Origin: Roseococcus sp.
GTDB lineage: Bacteria; Pseudomonadota; Alphaproteobacteria; Acetobacterales; Acetobacteraceae
Direction: 5' to 3'
Assembly: GCA_035998215.1 (NCBI GenBank)
Contig: DASYHU010000025.1
Location: 134,867-198,866, forward strand
Length of the DNA stretch: 64,000 bases
Made by a program: the position numbers and the translations under genes. The notes under the pieces were generated by a model. The model was given only the letters and a program-made list of their open reading frames with translations. It was not told the origin of the DNA and ran no database searches. Of the stretch, positions 54,162 to 64,000 are shown one piece after another (position 1 is the first letter of the stretch; each line of letters begins with the position of its first letter).

Positions 54162-55609
54162 TTGGGTTCCATTCCTCGCGGCACATAGAAGGGTGTGCTC
54201 TCCAGCTCGGGTTCGTCAAATGCGTGAAGCGCTTCGCGGATCGCGGGCCATTCCGCCCGCATCAGCGCGCGCAGGATGGACTGCGCCACACGCTCGCCCG
54301 CCACCATGACGCCCGGGATGTCGCTGGAAATGGCGCCCAGCGAGGCGATGGCACCGTGGTTCATCAGGTGGATGCGGCCGAGTTCGGGCGGCGCGCCGGC
54401 GCCGCGCGGCAGCAGTTCGAAGCCCGTACCCAGGAAGGGGAAGGCCGCGAGGTCGGGCCGCGCCGCCGCCCCCGCAACCACATCGCCGAAGCGCTGGGCA
54501 TGCGGGGCGAAGCGGGCCAGTTCGGGCACATGGTCCATGTCCACGCGATAGCCGGTGGCGACCACCAGGTAGTCATGCGCCACCTCGCGCGGGGCCTCGC
54601 CGCCGAGCGACAGCACCACCTGGCCTCCCTCGCGCCGCGCACCCAAGGTGGGCGCGCCAAAAACGATGGAAAAGCCTTTCAGGCGCAGCGCGCGGTGCAC
54701 GGTTTCGTGCGGCGGGGGCGAGCGCACGTCGAGCATGTAGCCCATCAGTTCCCAGCGCTGTTCAGGCGTCAGGGCGTCCCAGCCGTGGAAGTAGTGCGGG
54801 CCGGTGCTGCCGCGGCCCTTGTTGATCTGTGGCAGAGACTTCGCGCGCACATAGAGCGTGGCCGAGGCCGCGCCGCGTTCCAGCGCCGTCGCCGCATTGT
54901 CCCAGGCCGAGGCACCGGCGCCGATCACGGCCAGTGACTTGCCAACCAAGGGCGCGAAATCCAGCGGTTCGCAGGCCTGGATGGCAAGGTCCGGCACCAG
55001 GGATTGCGGCACGAAGGAGGGCCAGACCAGCCCCCCCGCCCCCGCGCGGCCGGTGGCCAGCACCACATGCCGCGCCAGCAGCGCCTGCGGCCCCGCGGGT
55101 GTCTCGACGGCCACCCGCAGCAGCCCATCCTCCGGCGCCACATCCGTCACGCGCACGCCATGGCGCACGGGCAATTCCAGCACGCGCTGCAGCCAGGAGA
55201 GGTAGTCCTGCCACATGGCGTTGGGGATCTTGTACAGCGCCTCCCAGGCCTCCGGCCCGAAGCGGTCCTCATGCCAGGCGCGGAAGGTGAGCGAGGGGAT
55301 GCCCATGCAAGGCCCCGGCAGCGTCTTGGGCGAGCGCAGCGTGTCCATGCGCGCCGTCGTCATCCAGGGGCCCTCGCGCCCCGGCGCGCGCGCCTCCAGC
55401 ACCACGATATTGCGGATGCCGCGATGGATGAGAGCCCCCGCTGCCGCGATGCCGTTCATCCCCGCGCCCACCACCACCACATCCAGCACGGCCTCGCCCT
55501 GGCGGGCGCGCGGGGGCACCCAGTTGCGCGGCGGCAGGTTCAGGAATTCCAGGTCCCGGCGGACCCGCGCCTCCAGCGCCCCTTTGGCCAGGCGGGTGGT
55601 CTGGTTCAT
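54158..55609 (-). CDS. FAD/NAD(P)-dependent oxidoreductase (N-hydroxylating-monooxygenase-like)
   Basis: 483 codons from MNQTTRLAKG. Two dinucleotide-binding motifs: DVVVVGAGMNGIAAAG and LAVIGAGASAWD. Confidence 0.75.
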   Translation of the reverse strand: MNQTTRLAKGALEARVRRDLEFLNLPPRNWVPPRARQGEAVLDVVVVGAGMNGIAAAGALIHRGIRNIVVLEARAPGREGPWMTTARMDTLRSPKTLPGPCMGIPSLTFRAWHEDRFGPEAWEALYKIPNAMWQDYLSWLQRVLELPVRHGVRVTDVAPEDGLLRVAVETPAGPQALLARHVVLATGRAGAGGLVWPSFVPQSLVPDLAIQACEPLDFAPLVGKSLAVIGAGASAWDNAATALERGAASATLYVRAKSLPQINKGRGSTGPHYFHGWDALTPEQRWELMGYMLDVRSPPPHETVHRALRLKGFSIVFGAPTLGARREGGQVVLSLGGEAPREVAHDYLVVATGYRVDMDHVPELARFAPHAQRFGDVVAGAAARPDLAAFPFLGTGFELLPRGAGAPPELGRIHLMNHGAIASLGAISSDIPGVMVAGERVAQSILRALMRAEWPAIREALHAFDEPELESTPFYVPRGMEPK

Positions 55610-55678
55610 GCGGCGTCCTCGGGCAAGGGGCGGAATTGCTGCATCGCGGCACTGTGTCACCGCCCCTCCGCCCTGTCA

Positions 55679-56629
55679 TCAGTCGCCTGACGGCGAGGCT
55701 CCGGATGGCGTCGTGGCCCAAGGGCGGCCTGGCGCGCCGGCCGGAATCGCGCCGGCCCGCAGCCAGGCCAGCGCCAGTGGCCAGAGCCTTTCCTTGAAGC
55801 GGTCGTGGAAGAAGGCGAAGTGGCCGATGGCGTCCACGCCGATCTCGGCGGGCGCGATCCGCCAATGGCACCGCGGGCTGGCCTGGTAGTAGGCCAGCAG
55901 CCGGTCCAGCGCCTCAGGCGTGCCATAGGGATCATCGTCCAGCCCGATGGCCAGTATGGGCGCGGTGACATGGACAAAGCGGCGCGGCAGCGACCTGGCC
56001 TCACCCCTGCGGCGATCTGGCCCCAGGCTGTCCTCGAACCGCGGCCTCATGCGGCTCCAGTCGCGCACGATGCCGGCGGGGGTGTCCTCCATCCAGCCCA
56101 GGCGGCGGGCCGGGCAATACCCGAAAAGCCGCGTGATCGCCGGCATCAGGACGTGCCATTTCAGATACATGCGCTGTCGCTGGGTCGCGGCGTAATCGCG
56201 CCAATAGGCGTATTGCGCGCCCACCGTCAGGATCCGCGCGACCTTTCCATTGGACGGCGCGAGGCCGATGGCGAAGCCGCCGATGGAATGGCCCACAAGC
56301 TGGATCGGCTGGCCGGGGAAAGAGGCCGCCACGTGTTCCAGAGCGGCCTCCAGGTCCTGCTCGCCCCAATCCAGCCAGTCGGCGCGGAAGCCGCGCAAGC
56401 TGGGCGGGCGGGATGCGCCGATGCCCCGGTAGTCGAAGAGCAGCACGTCATGGCCGTGGGCGAAGAGATAGGCGGCGAAGCGGGCGTAGTAGCGGCACCG
56501 CACGGAGGTGGCAGGCGCGACCACGACAATGGAGCGCGATGGGTCGTGCTGGTCGTGGCGCCAGGCGAATCCACCCAGCAGCGTGCCGTCCGCGGCCCTC
56601 ATCCGCACTTGGGCGCCCTCCTGGCGCAT
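55679..56629 (-). CDS. Alpha/beta-fold hydrolase
   Basis: VVVAPATSVRCRYYARFAAYL ... LFDYRGIG ... nucleophile elbow LVGHSIGG. ATG at 56629 (MRQEGAQV) is preferred. The ORF extends to 56692. Confidence 0.8.
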   Translation of the reverse strand: MRQEGAQVRMRAADGTLLGGFAWRHDQHDPSRSIVVVAPATSVRCRYYARFAAYLFAHGHDVLLFDYRGIGASRPPSLRGFRADWLDWGEQDLEAALEHVAASFPGQPIQLVGHSIGGFAIGLAPSNGKVARILTVGAQYAYWRDYAATQRQRMYLKWHVLMPAITRLFGYCPARRLGWMEDTPAGIVRDWSRMRPRFEDSLGPDRRRGEARSLPRRFVHVTAPILAIGLDDDPYGTPEALDRLLAYYQASPRCHWRIAPAEIGVDAIGHFAFFHDRFKERLWPLALAWLRAGAIPAGAPGRPWATTPSGASPSGD

Positions 56630-56791
56630 CAGGGGAGGATTCGGCGCCGCCGCATGCCCCGGCCTGTCATCCACGCCGCTGCCCCCATGCAAGATGCCCC
56701 GCGACGGCCTGCCCGTGCGACGTGAATGGACATCTTAGGCACCGGTCGGGAGGTCCGAAAACCGCGCAATTGTCCGGAAGTTTTGGGGAAG

Positions 56792-56867
56792 TGGCGCGCC
56801 CGGGAAGATTCGAACTCCCAACCCTCAGATCCGTAGTCTGATGCTCTATCCATTGAGCTACGGGCGC
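56792..56867 (-). tRNA. tRNA-Arg (anticodon ACG)
   Basis: Reverse complement: GCGCCCGTAGCTCAATGGATAGAGCATCAGACTACGGATCTGAGGGTTGGGAGTTCGAATCTTCCCGGGCGCGCCA. Anticodon stem TCAGA/TCTGA with loop CTACGGA, T-loop GTTCGAATC, encoded CCA. 76 nt. Confidence 0.9.
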
Positions 56868-56912
56868 TGGCCGTGACGGGGGAGTTACCGTCCCTCGTGC
56901 GGAAGCGCAAGC

Positions 56913-56947
56913 CCCGGGCCCTGCGCTTTCTGCGCATCAGGCCCGGG
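56913..56947 (-). terminator. Long imperfect stem-loop downstream of leuB (putative terminator)
   Basis: CCCGGGCC-c-TGCGC-tttct-GCGCA-tca-GGCCCGGG starts 13 nt past the leuB stop. On the minus strand only a weak U-containing tail follows (GCUUGCGCUUCC), so terminator function is uncertain. Confidence 0.4.
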
Positions 56948-56959
56948 TTTCGCGCCGCC

Positions 56960-58072
56960 TCACTTGGCGAGCTTCTCCAGCTCGCGCACCACGCTCTCGC
57001 CCATCACGCTGGTGCTGACGCGCGCCATGCCGGGCTGCATGATGTCGGCCGTGCGGAGGCCTCCCGCCAGCACCTTCTCCACCGCCGTCTCGATCAGCTT
57101 CGCGTCCTCCTCCATGCCGAAGGAGATGCGCAGCAGCATGGCGAAGGAGAGGATTTGCGCGGAAGGATTCGCGACCCCCTTCCCCGCGATGTCCGGCGCC
57201 GAGCCATGGATGGGCTCATACAGCGCGTGCCGCTTGCCCGAGGGCTGCACCGCGCCCAGCGTGGCCGAGGGCAGCATGCCGAGCGAACCCGTCAGCGCCG
57301 CGGCGAGGTCCGACAGAACGTCGCCGAACAGGTTGGAACCCAGGATCACGTCAAACTGCTTGGGCCGCGAGCAAAGCTGCATGGCCGCGTTGTCGGCATA
57401 CATGTGCTCCAGCTCCACATCGGCGTATTCGGCCTTGTGGACCTCGCTCACCACGGCACGCCAGAGGCGGCCGGACTGCATGACGTTGGCCTTCTCGGTG
57501 CTGGTCACCTTGTTGCGGCGCTGGCGGGCCAGGTCGAAGGCGACGCGGGCCACGCGGGCGATCTCGTCCTCGGAGTAGACTTCGGTATCAATACCCACGC
57601 GCTTGCCGGCGCTGTCCTTGTGGATGCCGCGCGGCTCGCCGAAATAAATGCCGCCCGTGCTCTCGCGCACGATCATGATGTCGAGGCCGCGCACAACGTC
57701 GGGCTTGAGGCTGGAGGCATCCACCAGGGGGTCCAGCACCACGGCGGGGCGCAGGTTGGCAAACAAGCCAAGTTCCTTGCGCAGCCGCAGGATGCCGAGT
57801 TCCGGCCGCTGCTCGAAGGGCAGGCCATCCCACTTGGGGCCGCCCACGCTGCCGAACAGCACGGCATCGGCCTCGCGCGCGGCTTCCAGGGTGGCGTCGG
57901 GGCAGGGCTGGCCGGTGGCGTCAATGGCGGCGCCGCCCACCAGGCCCTCATCAATGCTGAAACGGGCGGCGCGGCGGTGCTCCATCCAGTCAATGACGCG
58001 TCGGACTTCGCGCATCACCTCGGGGCCAATGCCATCACCGGGCAGGACGAGCAGCTTCTTGTTCGCGGACAT
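56960..58072 (-). CDS. leuB: 3-isopropylmalate dehydrogenase
   Basis: [20 protein letters not shown] ... [10 protein letters not shown] ... NLRP ... [11 protein letters not shown] ... NLFGDVLSD ... HGSAPDIAG. Canonical LeuB. ATG at 58072. Confidence 0.95.
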   Translation of the reverse strand: MSANKKLLVLPGDGIGPEVMREVRRVIDWMEHRRAARFSIDEGLVGGAAIDATGQPCPDATLEAAREADAVLFGSVGGPKWDGLPFEQRPELGILRLRKELGLFANLRPAVVLDPLVDASSLKPDVVRGLDIMIVRESTGGIYFGEPRGIHKDSAGKRVGIDTEVYSEDEIARVARVAFDLARQRRNKVTSTEKANVMQSGRLWRAVVSEVHKAEYADVELEHMYADNAAMQLCSRPKQFDVILGSNLFGDVLSDLAAALTGSLGMLPSATLGAVQPSGKRHALYEPIHGSAPDIAGKGVANPSAQILSFAMLLRISFGMEEDAKLIETAVEKVLAGGLRTADIMQPGMARVSTSVMGESVVRELEKLAK

Positions 58073-58141
58073 GTTTTTCTCCACCGCCCGGCCCGCCCCC
58101 GGCGTGGGGCGGTGGGGACCAAGGGCCAGGCGGGCTTCAGG

Positions 58142-58753
58142 TTAGGCGTAGAGCCAGGGCTGGGCCGCGCGCTGGCGGGCCTCGAAATCGTCAATGGCGG
58201 GCTTGTGCTGCATGGTCTGGCCGATGTCGTCCAACCCGTTCAGCAACAGGTGCTTGCGGAAGGGGTCCACCTCGAAGGGGATTTCCTCGCCGCTGGGGCG
58301 CACCACCACTTGGCGCTCCAGATCCACCGTGATGCGCGCATTGCCGCCGAGCTTCGCATCCTCCATCAGCGCCGCGCAGATTTCGCGCGGCAGCTTCACG
58401 GGCAGGATGCCGTTCTTGAAGCTGTTGTTGTGGAAGATGTCCGCGAAATCGGGCGCGATGACGCAGCGGATGCCGAAGTCGAGCAGCGCCCAGGGCGCGT
58501 GCTCGCGCGAGGAGCCACAGCCGAAATTCTCGAAGGCGATGAGGATTTCGGCGTTCCGGTAGGGCGCCTGGTTCAGCACGAAGTCGGGGTTTTCCCGCCC
58601 CTGCTCGTCATAGCGGAAATTGGCGAAGAGGCTCTTGCCCAGCCCGGTGCGCGCGATGGTCTTGAGGAAGCGCGCGGGGATGATCTGGTCCGTGTCCACA
58701 TTGGCCTTGGGCAGCGGTGCCGCCACCCCGGTCAGCGTCGTGAAGGGCTTCAT
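58142..58753 (-). CDS. leuD: 3-isopropylmalate dehydratase small subunit
   Basis: 203-aa [17 protein letters not shown] ... [14 protein letters not shown] ... [14 protein letters not shown]. Canonical LeuD. Confidence 0.95.
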   Translation of the reverse strand: MKPFTTLTGVAAPLPKANVDTDQIIPARFLKTIARTGLGKSLFANFRYDEQGRENPDFVLNQAPYRNAEILIAFENFGCGSSREHAPWALLDFGIRCVIAPDFADIFHNNSFKNGILPVKLPREICAALMEDAKLGGNARITVDLERQVVVRPSGEEIPFEVDPFRKHLLLNGLDDIGQTMQHKPAIDDFEARQRAAQPWLYA

Positions 58754-58756
58754 GGC

Positions 58757-60187
<1,431 letters not shown>

Positions 60188-60218
60188 GGTGCTTCCCCCG
60201 GAAGTGATCGTCACAGTC

Positions 60219-60246
60219 AAAAAAGGCCGCGCCTCGCGGCGCGGCC
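60219..60246 (-). terminator. Rho-independent terminator after rplS
   Basis: The minus strand reads GGCCGCGCC-GCGA-GGCGCGGCC followed by TTTTTT. It starts 9 nt after the rplS stop. Confidence 0.8.
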
Positions 60247-60254
60247 TGGAAGGC

Positions 60255-60650
60255 TCAGCCCTCGGCGGCCGGCGTGTCCTTGGTGCCGCGCAGCCCCAGC
60301 TTCTCGGCGATGCGGGCCGACTTGCCCGTGCGGCCGCGCAGGTAATAGAGCTTCGCGCGCCGCACCTTGCCGCGGCGCACCACCGTGATCTCGGCGATGG
60401 CGGGCGAGTGCAGCGGGAAGACGCGCTCCACGCCCTCGCCGTAGGAGAGCTTGCGCACGGTGAAGTTGCTGTGCAGGCCGCGGTTGGAGCGCGCGATCAC
60501 CACGCCCTCATAGGCCTGGGTGCGGACGCGCTCGCCCTCCACCACCTTCACCATCACGCGCACCGTGTCACCGGCGTCGAACTCGGGCACGGGGCGGGCG
60601 GCGACGAGCTTGGCCTTCTGCTCGGCGTCGAACTGCTGCAACAGGTTCAT
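60255..60650 (-). CDS. rplS: 50S ribosomal protein L19
   Basis: 131-aa [47 protein letters not shown] ... [11 protein letters not shown] ... Canonical L19. Confidence 0.95.
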   Translation of the reverse strand: MNLLQQFDAEQKAKLVAARPVPEFDAGDTVRVMVKVVEGERVRTQAYEGVVIARSNRGLHSNFTVRKLSYGEGVERVFPLHSPAIAEITVVRRGKVRRAKLYYLRGRTGKSARIAEKLGLRGTKDTPAAEG

Positions 60651-60673
60651 CGGTCAGTCCTTTCTCAATTCAT

Positions 60674-61381
60674 CTAGGCCGCGGCGGCGCCGGCGGCAAT
60701 CCGGTTCCAAAGATCGGGCCGGCGCTCGCGCGTCGCGGCCTCGGCTTGTTCGCGCCGCCAGCGGGCCACCTCGGCGTGGTGGCCGGAAAGCAGCACGGGC
60801 GGCACGGCGCGGCCCTGCCATTCGGCGGGGCGCGTGTAGTGCGGGTATTCCAGCAGGCCGGCGGAGTGGCTTTCCTCCAGCGCGCTCTCGGCACCGCCCA
60901 TCACCCCGGGCAGCAGCCGCACGCAGGCATCGAGCAGGGTCAGCGCCGCCATCTCACCCCCGCTCAGCACATAGTCGCCGAGCGAGATTTCGCGCATGGA
61001 ACGCGCCTCGATGACGCGCTGGTCCACGCCCTCATAGCGCCCGCAGAGCAGCACCACGCCAGGCCCCGCCGCGATCTCCCGCACCAGCGCCTGGTCGAGC
61101 AGGCGCCCGCGCGGGGTGAGGTAGACCAGCGGGCGCGCATCGCCGTCCGGCATGGCGGCCGCGATGGCCGCGTCCACCACATCGGGCCGCATCACCATCC
61201 CTGCCCCGCCGCCGAAGGGCGTATCGTCCACCGTGCGGTGACGATCGCGCGCCTGGGCGCGGATGTCCTGGGCGTCGAGCCGCCAGATCCCCTCGCGCAG
61301 GGCACGCCCGGCGAGGGAAAGGCCGAGCGGGCCCGGGAACATCTCGGGGAAGAGGGTCAGCGCCGTGGCGTGGAAGCTCAT
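60674..61381 (-). CDS. trmD: tRNA (guanine37-N1)-methyltransferase
   Basis: 235-aa [23 protein letters not shown] ... [14 protein letters not shown] ... [13 protein letters not shown] ... [11 protein letters not shown]. Canonical TrmD. Confidence 0.95.
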   Translation of the reverse strand: MSFHATALTLFPEMFPGPLGLSLAGRALREGIWRLDAQDIRAQARDRHRTVDDTPFGGGAGMVMRPDVVDAAIAAAMPDGDARPLVYLTPRGRLLDQALVREIAAGPGVVLLCGRYEGVDQRVIEARSMREISLGDYVLSGGEMAALTLLDACVRLLPGVMGGAESALEESHSAGLLEYPHYTRPAEWQGRAVPPVLLSGHHAEVARWRREQAEAATRERRPDLWNRIAAGAAAA

Positions 61382-61884
61382 GCCGCGTCCTCCGCACCAC
61401 CCGCCACGCTTTCGGCGGGGGGCACGATGACCAGGCGCCGCGCCGCCACATCCACCACCGGCACCGCGGCGCGGGTGAAGGGGATGAGGCGCTCGGGCGG
61501 GCCGGACAGCACCAGGAAGGCCCCGCCGCCATGGTCCTCGACCGCACGCACCTCGCCCAGGCTTTCGCCCGCCTCGGTGAAGGCGGCCATGCCCTGGAGG
61601 TCGGCCAGGTAGAACTCCTCCTCCTCCGGCGGCGGCAGGGCCTCGCGGGGGACGTAGAGCTTGGTGCCGGTCAGGCGGGCGGCGGCATCGCGGTCGGTGA
61701 TGCCTTCCACGCGGGCGAGGTCGGCGGCGACCAGCGTCAGCACCAGGGTGCGGCCGGCCTCATCCACCAGCGGGCCATAGGCGGTCAGCCCCTCGGGCGC
61801 CGCGGCGAAGCTGCGGACGCGCACCAGGCCCCGCACGCCGTGCGGCCGCCCGATCTCGCCCAGCAGGATCATGCCCGCGCCCAT
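61378..61884 (-). CDS. rimM: 16S rRNA processing protein RimM
   Basis: 168-aa [23 protein letters not shown] ... FYLADLQGM ..., between rpsP and trmD. The start could be the internal MILLG Met at 61872. Confidence 0.85.
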   Translation of the reverse strand: MGAGMILLGEIGRPHGVRGLVRVRSFAAAPEGLTAYGPLVDEAGRTLVLTLVAADLARVEGITDRDAAARLTGTKLYVPREALPPPEEEEFYLADLQGMAAFTEAGESLGEVRAVEDHGGGAFLVLSGPPERLIPFTRAAVPVVDVAARRLVIVPPAESVAGGAEDAA

Positions 61885-61924
61885 GGTGCCGCCCTATGCG
61901 CCTCTGCCCTATGCGCCCTGGGCC

Positions 61925-62260
61925 TCAGCCGCGCGCGGCCGCGGCGGCGCGTTCCTGCGCCTTCTTCTTCGGCGCGGACTGGATCGGCTGCTCCTTGTAG
62001 ACGGGCATGGGGATGATGCCGGCCTTGCCCAGGAACTTCGCCACGCGCTCGGTCGGCAGGGCGCCCTTGCCCACCCACTCGGCGATCTTCTCGTTCTGCA
62101 GGCGCACGCGGTCGGCGTGCTCGGCCGGCAGCATGGGGTTGTAGCTGCCCAGCTTCTCGATGAAGCGGCCGTCGCGCGGGCTGCGGCTGTCGGCCACCAC
62201 GATGTGGTAGTAGGGGCGCTTCTTGGCGCCGGCGCGGGCGAGGCGGATCTTCAGGCCCAT
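61925..62260 (-). CDS. rpsP: 30S ribosomal protein S16
   Basis: 111-aa [45 protein letters not shown]. Canonical S16. Confidence 0.95.
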   Translation of the reverse strand: MGLKIRLARAGAKKRPYYHIVVADSRSPRDGRFIEKLGSYNPMLPAEHADRVRLQNEKIAEWVGKGALPTERVAKFLGKAGIIPMPVYKEQPIQSAPKKKAQERAAAAARG

Positions 62261-62281
62261 GAACTCACTTCTCCTGTCGGT

Positions 62282-63661
62282 CTAGAATGGACGCTTGCCT
62301 TGGGGCATGAGCGCGGCGAGCCCGCCACGCATCAAGCCTTTCTGGCCCATCTTGTTCATGCGCTTCATCATGTCGCGCATGTCCTCGAATTGCTTGAGCA
62401 GCCGGTTCACCTCCTGCACGGAGGCGCCCGAACCGGCCGCGATGCGCCGCTTGCGCGACGCCTTGATGATGTCGGGGGCGCGGCGTTCCTTCACCGTCAT
62501 GGACGAGATGATGGCCGCCTGTTTCTTCAGGATGGTCTGGTCGAGATTGGCGCCCTCAAGCTGCGACTTCAGCTTGCCGATGCCCGGCAGCATGCCGAGC
62601 ATGCCCGAGAGGGAGCCCATCTTGCCGATCTGCTTGAGCTGGGCCGCATAATCCTCCAGCGAGAACTGGCCCTTCTGCATCCGGGCCGCGAGCTTCTCGG
62701 CCTCGGCCTGGTCAATGGTCTCCGCCGCGCGCTCCACCAGGGAGACGATGTCGCCCATGCCCAGGATGCGGCCGGCGATGCGGTCGGGGTGGAAATCCTC
62801 CAGCGCGTCGAGCTTCTCGCCGGCACCCAGCAGCTTGATGGGCGCGCCCGTGACGGCGCGCATGGACAGCGCGGCGCCACCGCGCGCATCGCCATCCACC
62901 CGCGTCATGACGATGCCGGTGACGCCCACCTTTTCATTGAAGGCGCGGGCGGTGTTCACCGCGTCCTGGCCGGTCATGGCGTCCACGACCAGCAGCGTCT
63001 CGTGCGGCTTCACGGCGGCCTTCACGGCCGCCACCTCGTCCATCAGCGCCTCGTCAATGGCGAGCCGGCCGGCGGTGTCGAGGATGACAACGTCATAGAG
63101 CTCGCCGCGCGCCGTCTCCATGGCCCGCTGCGCGATCTGCAAGGGCGTCTGGCCGGCGATGATGGGCAGCGAGGTGACATCCGCCTGCTGCGCCAGCGTC
63201 TGGAGCTGGAGCTGCGCGGCCGGGCGGTGCACGTCGAGGCTGGCCAGCAGCACCTTCTTGCGCTCCCGCCCCTTCAGGCGCAGCGCGATCTTGCCGGAGG
63301 TGGTCGTCTTGCCCGAACCCTGGAGGCCCACCATCAGGATGGGCACCGGGGCCGCGGCCGCGAGGTCTATGCCCGTGGCGCCATCCTTGCCGCCCAGCGC
63401 GTCCACCAGCGCGTCATGGACGATCTTCACCACCATCTGGCCGGGCTGGATGGAGCGGATCACCTCCTGCCCCACCGCGCGCTCCCGCACCTTGGCGGTG
63501 ATGTCCTTCACCACGGGAAGGGCAACGTCGGCTTCCAGCAGCGCGATCCGCACCTCGCGCAGCGCGTCGTTCACATCGGCTTCGGACAGGGCGCCACGGC
63601 CGCGCAGGCGGTCGAACACACCCTGCAGCTTGGAACCCAGCGCCTCGAACACAGTGAACAC
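62282..63661 (-). CDS. ffh: Signal recognition particle protein Ffh
   Basis: 459-aa ORF with a GTG start. LREVRIALLEADV ... LMVGLQGSGKTTT ... DTAGR ... TRVDGDARGGAALS, and a Met-rich C-terminal M domain. Confidence 0.95.
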   Translation of the reverse strand: MFTVFEALGSKLQGVFDRLRGRGALSEADVNDALREVRIALLEADVALPVVKDITAKVRERAVGQEVIRSIQPGQMVVKIVHDALVDALGGKDGATGIDLAAAAPVPILMVGLQGSGKTTTSGKIALRLKGRERKKVLLASLDVHRPAAQLQLQTLAQQADVTSLPIIAGQTPLQIAQRAMETARGELYDVVILDTAGRLAIDEALMDEVAAVKAAVKPHETLLVVDAMTGQDAVNTARAFNEKVGVTGIVMTRVDGDARGGAALSMRAVTGAPIKLLGAGEKLDALEDFHPDRIAGRILGMGDIVSLVERAAETIDQAEAEKLAARMQKGQFSLEDYAAQLKQIGKMGSLSGMLGMLPGIGKLKSQLEGANLDQTILKKQAAIISSMTVKERRAPDIIKASRKRRIAAGSGASVQEVNRLLKQFEDMRDMMKRMNKMGQKGLMRGGLAALMPQGKRPF

Positions 63662-63965
63662 GCCTCCAAACGAAAATGCGCCGCTGCGCGAAACTCGCGG
63701 AGCGACGGTGATCCCGCATGGGGCGGGACCGGGGTTGGCCTTGGGCCGGAGCGTCGCGAATAGGCGCCAGGGCGGGGAGAGTCAATGGCAAGGGGCGAAA
63801 CGGGCCAGCGAGGCCTGGCAAAACGCGACCCGAGGGAAGTCAGGGCGGCGCCAAGAGGATCCGGCCGCAAAGCGGCCGGCGCGCCCAAACCAACTTCACC
63901 ACCCGCGCGCCGATAGCGGCGCGAAAGCCAAGCGCGCGAAGCGCGCGCCCGGCGTTTGAGGGCGG

Positions 63966-63999
63966 AAAAACACCAAATAACGGCTTCGCCGTTATTTGG
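63966..63999 (-). terminator. Rho-independent terminator for a minus-strand gene lying beyond the right window edge
   Basis: CCAAATAACGGC-ttc-GCCGTTATTTGG is a perfect 12-nt inverted repeat (63973-63999). On the minus strand it is followed by a GTGTTTTTCC tail (TTTTT = plus-strand AAAAA at 63966-63970). Confidence 0.6.
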
Positions 64000-64000
64000 G

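Noticed and set aside
60204-60214. A small palindrome GTGA-tcg-TCAC between the rplS terminator and leuC, considered as a possible operator or leucine leader.
   Set aside because: The arms are only 4+4 nt, which is expected by chance. The 31 nt between terminator and start hold no leader peptide or alternative hairpins.

Overview
Very GC-rich, alphaproteobacterial-type chromosomal segment (my impression is Acetobacteraceae/Rhodospirillales-like; GC was not computed). No CRISPR array, transposase, integrase or rRNA gene was seen. All calls come from reading the supplied ORF translations and the DNA. No database search was run.

Layout:
- **1-20.9 kb: nearly complete aerobic-type cobalamin (B12) locus.** Genes are cobS', cobT, bluB, cobB, cobA, cbiD, cobM, cobE, cobL, cobK, cobJ, cobI, cobH, cobG, cobN, cobW, a DUF1636-like gene, cobU, cobO, cobQ, cobD and cobC. 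They sit in alternating-strand blocks with almost no intergenic DNA. One clear cobalamin riboswitch lies at about 16.09-16.30 kb.
- **20.9-27.0 kb: metal/corrinoid uptake.** A Zur-like Fur-family regulator is divergent, across a 28-nt gap holding a perfect palindrome, from an operon of a methyltransferase, a TonB-dependent receptor and a BtuFCD/FecBCD-type ABC importer.
- **27.0-41.8 kb: the least explained part.** It holds a YihY-family protein, a GPP34-like/CYTH-like fusion protein and an orphan AapJ-like binding protein. Next comes an ~8 kb block of tightly packed uncharacterised membrane, secreted and anchored proteins, bracketed by two paralogous beta-carbonic-anhydrase-like proteins. Last is an operon of a HemK-like methyltransferase, a binding-protein/permease fusion and a permease, with no ATPase.
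- **41.8-42.5 kb:** a noticeably less GC-rich stretch with no convincing gene, ending at tRNA-Glu(UUC).
- **42.6-56.8 kb: metabolic block lying between tRNA-Glu and tRNA-Arg(ACG).** Genes are an M20 peptidase, a short MetE-like protein, a Dpp/Opp-type ABC transporter, an FkbM methyltransferase, a class III aminotransferase, an AhpD/CMD pair, an FAD oxidoreductase and an alpha/beta hydrolase.
- **56.9-63.7 kb: core genes** leuB, leuD, leuC, rplS, trmD, rimM, rpsP and ffh.

The best candidate for something undescribed is the 30.7-38.6 kb envelope gene block, together with the neighbouring GPP34-CYTH fusion. Their functions are inference only.
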